Of a stretch of DNA of 64,000 bases, positions 21,169 through 29,583 are shown in pieces; positions within the stretch are counted from its first letter, which is position 1; each line of letters begins with the position of its first letter. Source of the stretch: an uncultured bacterium (GTDB taxonomy: Bacteria; Krumholzibacteriota; Krumholzibacteriia; JACNKJ01); the NCBI GenBank assembly GCA_963695095.1, contig CAVOFT010000001.1:640001-704000 (forward strand). The letters are read 5' to 3'. The position numbers and the translations under genes are program-made. The notes beneath the pieces are model-generated. The model was given only the letters and a program-made list of their open reading frames with translations. It was not told the DNA's origin and searched no databases.

Positions 21169-21346
21169 GGCGAACCTCCGGCGGCTTGGGCAGGGGCGGC
21201 GCTGGGCGCCGCGGGAAGCAGTATAGCGCAATCGGGCAGGCTGGGGAACGCCGGCGACCGGCCCGCAGCCGCGGCTGGCAGGGCGGCGAAGGCCTATGCT
21301 ATACTTTGCCTTCCAGCCTGAAACCCGCCGTCTGTGGAGGATCCCC

Positions 21347-23099
21347 ATGCCCCGTCGCCTCGCGTCCGCGCTCGCGCTGAGCTTGCTCCTCGCCGCCGCC
21401 GCCCTGCCCGCCCTCGCCGAGTGGGACGTGGACCACATCGAGCAGCTCCTGCCGATCGCGCCCACGGCCGAGGAGGCCCGGCAGCTCGAGGCGCTGGCCG
21501 CCCAGGGCGGGGACCGCGACGGCCAGGCCGATCCGCCGCCGCTGGCCCCCCTGCGCGGCTGCGCGGAGTGGGAGCCGGCCACGGGCGTGCTCGTCCGCTA
21601 TCCCCTCGGCCTGCCCTACGCCCTGCTGCAGGACTTCGACGACCAGGTGACGCTGCACGTCGTCGTCTCCAGCAGCAACCAGGCGACGGCGATCAGCAAC
21701 TTCACGGCCAACGGCGTCGACATGGCCAAGGTGCAGTGGCTGGTGCGCAACAGCGACTCGATCTGGACGCGCGACTACGGCCCCTGGTACGTCTTCGACG
21801 GCAACGGCGACATCGGCATCATCGACCACGTCTACAACCGGCCGCGGCCCAACGACGACCTCATCCCCTACTACTTCGGCCAGCAGCAGGGCATCGCCGT
21901 CTACCGGCACGACATGTACCACACCGGCGGCAACTACATGACGCGACGGCGCCAACATCGCCAGCTCGACCGAGCTGGTCTACAACGAGGCGCTCACCTA
22001 CAACGGCATGAGCCCGGCCCAGGTGGACGCGCTCATGCACGACTACTACGGCACGGAGACCTACACCGTGCTCGACTACATCGAGAGCGGCGGCATCCAC
22101 CACATCGACACCTGGGCGAAGTTCCTCAGCGAGGAGGTCGTGCTGGTCAAGGAAGTCTGGCCTGCGCACGGCACCTACAGCACGCTGAACCAGCGCGCGG
22201 CGCTGCTGGCCAGCCTGCCCAGCTCGACGGGGCGCAACTACCAGGTGCACCGCGTCTACTGCTACAGCACCAGCTCGGGCCCGGCCAGCTACACGAACAG
22301 CCTGATCCTGAACAACCACATCTACGTGCCCTTCTTCGGCAACAGCAGCTACGACAGCGACGCGCTGGCCGCCTACCAGGCCGCCGCGCCGGGCTACCTG
22401 GTCTCTGGCTACACCTACAGCGGCTGGCTCAGCGACGATGCGCTCCACTGCCGCGCCAAGGGCGCCTACGACGTGGGCATGCTGCGCGTGGCGCATATCC
22501 CCGTGGTCGAGGAGCGGACCGGCCCGGTGGCGGTGACGGCCCAGATCCACGCGCACAGCGGCGCGGCGGTTGCGGCCGCCGAGCTGCACTACCGCCAGGG
22601 CGGCGACGGCTGGCAGATGCTCGCGATGACGAACACGGCGGGCGACGCGTACAGCGCGACGATTCCCGATCCGGCGGCCGACGGCGCGACCGAGTACTAC
22701 ATCCACGCCGCCGACGCCACCGGCCGCACGGCGGGCATGCCGCGCACCGAGCCCGCGGCCGCCTACAGCTTCTCGCAGCTGAAGCAGGACGTCACCGCGG
22801 CCGACGGCCTCACGCCGGCCCGCCCCGTGGCCCTGCACGCCAACTACCCGAACCCCTTCAATCCCTCGACCACCTTCAGCTTCACGTTGCTCTATGCGGA
22901 CAAGGTGGAGCTGGCCGTCTACGACGTGCAGGGCAAGCGCCTGCGCACGCTGATCGACGGCCTGGTGCCGGGCGGCGACACGCAGGTGACCTGGGACGGC
23001 CGCGACGATGCGGGCGAGGCGCTGCCCAGCGGCACCTACTTCTACCGGCTGCGGGCGGCGGGCCTCGTCTACGGCCGGCCTGCCACCCTGGTCAAGTAG
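21347..23099 (+). CDS. Agmatine/peptidyl-arginine deiminase family secreted protein with FlgD-Ig/T9SS-like C-terminal domain; one frameshift near 21943
   Basis: AEWEP, DSIWTRDYGP, GGN, HID and ALHC catalytic motifs; signal peptide; [10 protein letters not shown]. Confidence 0.85.
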
Positions 23100-23108
23100 G
23101 CCACCCAA

Positions 23109-23170
23109 GGCACGGCGGTCCTCCCCTCGAACTCCGCTTCACAGGAGTTCTCGGGAAGGACCGCCGCGCC
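23109..23170 (-). repeat. Structured hairpin element, copy 1
   Basis: Minus strand folds as an 18-bp stem (G-T wobbles only), tandem GA/GA, a 7-bp stem and a GTGAAGC cap. Confidence 0.75.
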
Positions 23171-23363
23171 CTCCGTACACACTTGGCCAGCGGGCAGGCG
23201 CTCGCTTGCATCCTCTCGCGCCCGAAACAACGGGCGCGACCCGGATGCAAGCTCGCTAGCAATGCAAGGGCGCGAGCCCGGCGGCTCCCCTGTGTTGCCA
23301 CGTGGCAAACGCGCCGGCGGCTGGCCTTCTCCGCTCCCGTCCGGCGCGGCGTTCGAGCTGCGT

Positions 23364-23427
23364 GGGGGCCGTATCCCTTCCTGAGAATCCCTGCGAAGCG
23401 GGATTCGAGGGGAGGGATACGGCCCCC
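23364..23427 (+). repeat. Structured hairpin element, copy 2 (inverted relative to copy 1)
   Basis: 19-bp stem, GA/GA, 7-bp stem and GCGAAGC cap; compensatory changes relative to copy 1. Confidence 0.75.
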
Positions 23428-23604
23428 TTGTCGCTGGAGGGCCGCCCCGTCCGGGCGCAGAAAAAGACCGGCCGCCGGCTTGACTTCTCCATCATGGTGG
23501 CTAAATTCCGCCCCATGCCCGTTCAGGGCATACCACGGCAATGCCAATCCGCGACCCCTCGGTGTGAAAGGGAGGTGAGGCTCGAACCCCTCGAGCCGGT
23601 GCAT

Positions 23605-23793
23605 ATGGAAGCTTTCCCGAAGTGCCTCAACTGCGACAAGGGCCACCTGCTGCCCCTGTCCGACTACGGCCGCGACGGCGCGACCATCCAGTACAAGGCC
23701 TGGGTCTGCAACAACCCTGGCTGCGGCTTCAACATCCGCATCGACAACGGCGAGGTCAGCCTGGGGCGCCCCCTGGCGCCCTCGAACAAGTAG
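23605..23793 (+). CDS. Small Zn-ribbon-like protein (62 aa)
   Basis: CLNC..CNNPGC; strong coding bias; own promoter (TTGACT 23480-23485, TAAATT 23502-23507) and terminator. Confidence 0.8.
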   Translation: MEAFPKCLNCDKGHLLPLSDYGRDGATIQYKAWVCNNPGCGFNIRIDNGEVSLGRPLAPSNK

Positions 23794-23819
23794 GGCAGCT
23801 CGCCGGCCCCGGCCTTGGC

Positions 23820-23848
23820 AGCCCCCGCCTCGCGGCGGGGGCTTTTTC
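23820..23848 (+). terminator. Intrinsic terminator
   Basis: AGCCCCCGCC-tcgc-GGCGGGGGCT followed by TTTTC. Confidence 0.85.
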
Positions 23849-23855
23849 GTGGGCG

Positions 23856-24680
23856 CTAGATGCGGGCTTGCAGCCAGAGGCGGCTGAAGAAGACGAAGAG
23901 CATCAGGCTGGCCAGCAGCCAGAGCGGCGAGGACTGGCTGAAGGGCGACTGGATCAGCTGCTCGATGTCCCCGCTGCTCTGCTGCAGCATCACCAGGTTC
24001 GTCAGGTTCCACACCGCATGGGCGATGAGCGGGTAGCTCAGATTCCCGAGCAGCAGCGCCAGCGCTCCGAAGAAGAGGCCCAGGATCGCCGCGCCGGGGC
24101 TGGCATGGAAGGGATGCACGGCGCCGAAGAGCAGCGCGGTGATCAGCACCGCCAGGCCCGAGCGGCCCAGGCCCAGGCGCAGGGTCCAGGGCTGGCGCAG
24201 CGTGAAGCGCTGCAGCTGTCGCTGCAGGAGCGCGCGGAAGATGAGCTCCTCGGCCAGCGGCCCCGCCGCGACGAGCGCGAAGGCCACGGCCAGCCAGCCC
24301 AGCGGCGTCTCCGGCTGCAGCAGGTCCACCCACCTGAGATAGGCCGCCTCGGGCGGGAAGCGCCGCGCCATCGCCGCCGTGAGAATCCCCAGCGGCGGCA
24401 CGAGGCTGAGCGTGGCCGCGGCCACGGCGAGGCTCGTCACCAGGGCCGGCCGCTCGATCTGGAATTGCGCGCGAAAGGGAATGCCCAGCCGCCGCGTGAG
24501 GGCGAAGAGCGGCAGCAGGACGCCCGCGCCCGCGGCCAGGCTGGTGCCGAAGGCGATCCACCAGGGGCCGCGCGCATAGAAGGGCCACTGGATGACCTGG
24601 TAGAGCACGAAGCAGAGGCCGGTGACCGCGAGGGGGAACCAGGGCCCGAGGCGGGCGCCGAGACGATCGGGCTGGAGCAT
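23856..24680 (-). CDS. CPBP (CAAX/Abi) family intramembrane glutamic protease
   Basis: GPLAEELIFR, FGAVH and AHAVWN motifs; TATACT 5 nt before the ATG (leaderless). Confidence 0.88.
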   Translation of the reverse strand: MLQPDRLGARLGPWFPLAVTGLCFVLYQVIQWPFYARGPWWIAFGTSLAAGAGVLLPLFALTRRLGIPFRAQFQIERPALVTSLAVAAATLSLVPPLGILTAAMARRFPPEAAYLRWVDLLQPETPLGWLAVAFALVAAGPLAEELIFRALLQRQLQRFTLRQPWTLRLGLGRSGLAVLITALLFGAVHPFHASPGAAILGLFFGALALLLGNLSYPLIAHAVWNLTNLVMLQQSSGDIEQLIQSPFSQSSPLWLLASLMLFVFFSRLWLQARI

Positions 24681-24808
24681 GGCGCAGTATAGGCGGCGCC
24701 GCGCTCGCGCCGCAAGCCGGCCCGGCTTCAAGCGTTGACAGCCTCGCAGGCCGGGGGGACACTGGCCCGACACCGCCGCAGGCTGCGGCAAAATGCAAGG
24801 AGGACCCG

Positions 24809-25684
24809 ATGGGCCTCATCGTCTTCGGACTGCTCACCCTGGTCGGCATCGCCGTGTTCATGAACGCGCCGCGCCAACCGGGACCCAACACCCGCCACGC
24901 TCGCTCGCTGGGCGGCGTCCTGGCCCTCGTCGGCCTCATCGGCGTGCTGGGCCAGTCGATCGTCTCCATCCCCGCCGGCCACATCGGCCTCAAGGACTTC
25001 TTCGGCAAGATCGGCGACAGCGTGCTCGCCCCCGGCATCCACATCGTCAACCCGCTGCTCACCATTCGCGAGATGGACATCCGCACCCAGGAGGCCACCG
25101 AGACGGCCAGCGTGCCCAGCAAGGAGGGCATGAACGTCACCCTGGACATCTCGCTGCTCTACAGTCTGGACCCGGTGAGGGCCGCGAGCATCTACCGCAC
25201 GATCGGCCGCGACTACGCGGCCATCTTCGTCGTGCCCACCCTGCGTTCGGAGGTGCGCGGCGCGACCACCTCCTACGAGGCCAAGGCCCTCTACACGAGC
25301 CAGCGCCAGGCCATCGCCGAGACCATCCACACCGCCCTGGGGCCCATCTTCGCCGAGCGCGGCATTCGCCTCGAGCAGGTGCTCCTGCGCAGCGTGACCC
25401 TGCCGCCCCAGCTCGCCCAGTCCATCGAGAACAAGCTGCAGGCCGAGCAGGAGTCCGAGCGCATGCGCTTCGTGCTCGACCGCGAGCGCCAGGAGGCCGA
25501 GCGCAAGAAGATCGAGGCCCAGGGCATCTCGGACTTCCAGACCATCGTCAGCGCGGGCATCAGCCAGAATCTGCTGCGCTGGAAGGGCATCGAGGCCACC
25601 GAGAAGCTGGCGGCCAGCGCGAACGCCAAGGTGGTCATCGTGGGCGGCGCGGACGGCCTGCCGCTCATTCTGAACACGCAGTAG
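24809..25684 (+). CDS. SPFH/prohibitin (Band 7) family protein
   Basis: AAGGAGG RBS; N-terminal membrane segments; PSKEG, SIENKLQAEQE..QEAERKKIEAQG, GLPLIL. Confidence 0.9.
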   Translation: MGLIVFGLLTLVGIAVFMNAPRQPGPNTRHARSLGGVLALVGLIGVLGQSIVSIPAGHIGLKDFFGKIGDSVLAPGIHIVNPLLTIREMDIRTQEATETASVPSKEGMNVTLDISLLYSLDPVRAASIYRTIGRDYAAIFVVPTLRSEVRGATTSYEAKALYTSQRQAIAETIHTALGPIFAERGIRLEQVLLRSVTLPPQLAQSIENKLQAEQESERMRFVLDRERQEAERKKIEAQGISDFQTIVSAGISQNLLRWKGIEATEKLAASANAKVVIVGGADGLPLILNTQ

Positions 25685-25710
25685 CGCGGGCACGCGGTAG
25701 CGGAGGGATC

Positions 25711-27285
25711 ATGCGCCTCGTCAGCAGCGAGCAGATGCGCGCCATCGACCGGCGCACCATCGACGGCGGCCTGGTGGCGGGCGCCGAGCTGATGGAGCGC
25801 GCGGGCCAGGGCGTCTTCGGCGTGATCCGCCGGCGCAGCCGCGCGCCGCTCGCGGGCCGGCGCGTGCTCATCGTCTGCGGCAAGGGCAACAACGGCGGCG
25901 ACGGCTTCGTCATCGCGCGCGAGCTGATCCAGGCCGGCGCGCAGGTGAGCACCTACGTGCTCGCCGGGGACCTCAACCTGGCGACCGAGGCCAAGAGCGC
26001 CCTGCACCGGCTCATCCCCCTGCACCCCAACCTGCGCAAGTTCAGCGACCCCGGCGCGCTGGCCGCCTTCGCCGAGGATCTCGCCGGCTGCGAGCTGGTG
26101 GTGGACGCCCTCTTCGGCACCGGCATCGCGGAGAGCCTGCGCGAGCCCGCGCTCGGCGTGGTCCAGGCCATCAACGCCAGCGGCAAGCCCGTGCTCGCCG
26201 TCGACGTGCCCAGCGGCCTGTCCGGCAACCTCGATCCCGAATCCCGCGTCACGGTGCGCGCGCAGCTCACAGCCACCATCGGCCTGCCCAAGCTGGGCCT
26301 CTTCTACTATCCGGGCCGCGCGGCCGCCGGCGAGGTGGAAGTGGTGGACATCGGTTTCCCGGAGTCGGTGCTCGCCGAGGCGGGCGGCGCGCGGCGCCTC
26401 GTGGACCGCGACGTGGCCGCCGCCCTGGTGCCCGCGCAGGATCCGGCCGGGCACAAGTATCGCCGTGGCGCGCTGCTCATCGTGGCCGGCAGCCGCCGCT
26501 ACGGCGGCGCGCCCCTGCTCACGGCCGGCGGCGCCCTGCGCGGCGGCGTGGGCATGGTCTACGCCGCTGTGCCTTCGTCATTAGTGCCGCTCGTGCAGGC
26601 GAAGTGGCCCTCGGCCATCGCCATCGGCCTCGCCGAGGACCGGGACGGCCGCCTCGCCGCCGGCGCCCTGCCCCTGCTGCGCGAGGCCGCCGGCCGCGTG
26701 CAGGCCGTGGCCCTGGGTCCGGGCCTGGATCGCGGCGAGGAGACCCGCGACCTCCTGCGCGGCTGGCTCGGCGAGCTCGCGCTCCCTGCCGTGATCGACG
26801 CCGACGCCCTGGCCGCCTTCGCGGGTGACTACGCGGGCCTCGCCGCGCAGCCGGGCCCGCGCCTGCTCACCCCGCACTCGGGTGAGCTGGCGGCGCTGCT
26901 CGGCACGACGGCGGCGGCCCTGGAGGCCGACCGCGAGGGCCAGCTCCGCGCGGCGCGGCGCGATGGCCTCGTCCTGCTGCACAAGGGCGCGCCCACGGAG
27001 ATCATGGGCCCCGACGGCCTGCTCTACACGGTGGCGGGCGGCGATCCGGTGCTGGCCCGCGGCGGCACCGGCGACGTGCTCACCGGCCTCCTCGGCGCCC
27101 TGCTCGCCCAGGTGCCCGAGCGCCCCCTCGACATGGCGCGCCTGGGCGCCTGGCTGCACGCCGAGGCCGGCCGGCTCGCCGCCGAGCGCCTGGACCGCGG
27201 CTTCTGCGCCGGGGATCTGGCCGAGTGGCTGCCCGCCGCCTGGCGCGAGCTGAGCGGCGAGGCGCGCCTGCGCTGGCAATGGTGA
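25711..27285 (+). CDS. nnr: Bifunctional NAD(P)H-hydrate epimerase/dehydratase
   Basis: LMERAG, GKGNNGGDG, DALFGTG and DVPSG (YjeF N-terminal); GPGL, DADAL, TPHSGE and GGTGDVL (NnrD). Confidence 0.93.
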   Translation: MRLVSSEQMRAIDRRTIDGGLVAGAELMERAGQGVFGVIRRRSRAPLAGRRVLIVCGKGNNGGDGFVIARELIQAGAQVSTYVLAGDLNLATEAKSALHRLIPLHPNLRKFSDPGALAAFAEDLAGCELVVDALFGTGIAESLREPALGVVQAINASGKPVLAVDVPSGLSGNLDPESRVTVRAQLTATIGLPKLGLFYYPGRAAAGEVEVVDIGFPESVLAEAGGARRLVDRDVAAALVPAQDPAGHKYRRGALLIVAGSRRYGGAPLLTAGGALRGGVGMVYAAVPSSLVPLVQAKWPSAIAIGLAEDRDGRLAAGALPLLREAAGRVQAVALGPGLDRGEETRDLLRGWLGELALPAVIDADALAAFAGDYAGLAAQPGPRLLTPHSGELAALLGTTAAALEADREGQLRAARRDGLVLLHKGAPTEIMGPDGLLYTVAGGDPVLARGGTGDVLTGLLGALLAQVPERPLDMARLGAWLHAEAGRLAAERLDRGFCAGDLAEWLPAAWRELSGEARLRWQW

Positions 27286-27298
27286 TACACTGGCCCGC

Positions 27299-28303
<1,005 letters not shown>

Positions 28304-28434
28304 CCGGCGCGCTTCGCGCCGCCCCAGCGCTTCCCCGACTTGCGCAGGCGTCCTCGTCCTTGCCGATCGCGGCGGGTGCTGCCGCGGCGCGGTCGCCGGT
28401 CGGGCCGCCGCGGCCCGCCCCGGGCGAAACAGGA

Positions 28435-28461
28435 TCAAGCTTGGTCAGGCCCTGCCGATAC
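28435..28461 (+). promoter_or_regulatory. Putative sigma28 (FliA/WhiG-type) promoter
   Basis: TCAAGCTT-N11-GCCGATAC compared with consensus TAAAGTTT-N11-GCCGATAA. Confidence 0.6.
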
Positions 28462-28566
28462 CTAACGACGTCGGGCATGTGGATTGCAGTCACGAACAAG
28501 GACCGGCGTCCCCGCGGGCGCCGGATGGACGTGGGCATGGTGCAGCGCTGGAAGGACTTCGTGTCG

Positions 28567-29562
28567 ATGAATGCTCCCACCACCATTCTGGTCGTTGAAG
28601 ACGACGCCGCCATCCGGCGCATCCTCGAATACCAGCTGCAAAAGGCCGGCTACGAGGTGCTGACGGCCGAGGATGGCGAGACGGGGCTCTTCCTGGCGCG
28701 CAAGCACGAGCCCGACCTGCTGCTCCTGGACGTGATGCTGCCCCGGCTGGACGGGCACGAGGTCTGCCGGCAGATCCGCCAGGATTACCGCATCGGCCAG
28801 ACGCCGATCATCATGCTCACCGCGCGCAGCTCGGTGAAGGACCGCGTGGCCGGCCTCGCCCAGGGCGCCAACGACTACCTGATGAAGCCCTACGACCAGG
28901 AAGAGATGCTCGTCCGCGTGAAGAACACGCTCACCCTGGCCCGCAAGCAGCGGGAGGCCAACCCGCTGACCGGCTTGCCCGGCAACTCGGCCATCGAGTC
29001 CGAGCTGAACCGCCGGCTCGCCACCCACGAGGATTTCGCCTTCCTCTACGTGGACATCGACAACTTCAAGGGCTTCAACGACACCTACGGCTACGCCAAG
29101 GGCGATGAGGCCATCCGCATGCTGGCGGGCATTCTGACCGAAGCCATCCACGACACGGGCCATGAGGGCTTCGCCGGCCACGTCGGCGGCGACGACTTCG
29201 TGATGGTGGCGCCCATCGGCGTCGCCGAGGACGTGGCTCGCCGCACGGTGAAGGCCTTCGACCTGCTCAAGGAGCGGCTCTTCCGCCACGAGGACTGGGA
29301 GCGCGGGCACCTGAGCGTGCTCGACCGCCAGGGCAGCGAACTGCGCATTCCGCTGATGAGCCTGACGGTGGCCATCGTGATCAACGAGGAGCAGCGCTAC
29401 ACGCATGTCGGCCAGATCAGCGACGCCGCCTTCGAGCTGAAGAAGTACGGCAAGACTTTCCAGGGCAGCACGGTGGTCAAGGAGCGGCGCGGCCGCGGCG
29501 CCGGCGAGGACGCGGACGGCGAGGGCCAGGCGCCGCAGCAGGCGGAGCCCGAGTCGGCCTAG
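28567..29562 (+). CDS. Response regulator-GGDEF diguanylate cyclase (start uncertain, 28477-28567)
   Basis: Receiver domain (VVEDD, LLDVMLP, KPY) followed by NPLTGLP, DIDNFKGFNDTYG and GGDDF. Confidence 0.9.
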   Translation: MNAPTTILVVEDDAAIRRILEYQLQKAGYEVLTAEDGETGLFLARKHEPDLLLLDVMLPRLDGHEVCRQIRQDYRIGQTPIIMLTARSSVKDRVAGLAQGANDYLMKPYDQEEMLVRVKNTLTLARKQREANPLTGLPGNSAIESELNRRLATHEDFAFLYVDIDNFKGFNDTYGYAKGDEAIRMLAGILTEAIHDTGHEGFAGHVGGDDFVMVAPIGVAEDVARRTVKAFDLLKERLFRHEDWERGHLSVLDRQGSELRIPLMSLTVAIVINEEQRYTHVGQISDAAFELKKYGKTFQGSTVVKERRGRGAGEDADGEGQAPQQAEPESA

Positions 29563-29583
29563 CGAAAGACGAGGCTCAGCAAG

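Noticed and set aside
23100..23460. 6S RNA, CRISPR repeat pair or SECIS element
   Set aside because: No single ~180 nt rod with a central bubble; only two copies, inverted, with no cas genes; no coding in-frame TGA upstream of the hairpins.
23856..24680. CPBP protease as the processing enzyme for the KALY tag
   Set aside because: Some CPBP proteins act as sorting enzymes, but this one is not linked to any tagged gene and the tag has no transmembrane segment; no evidence here.
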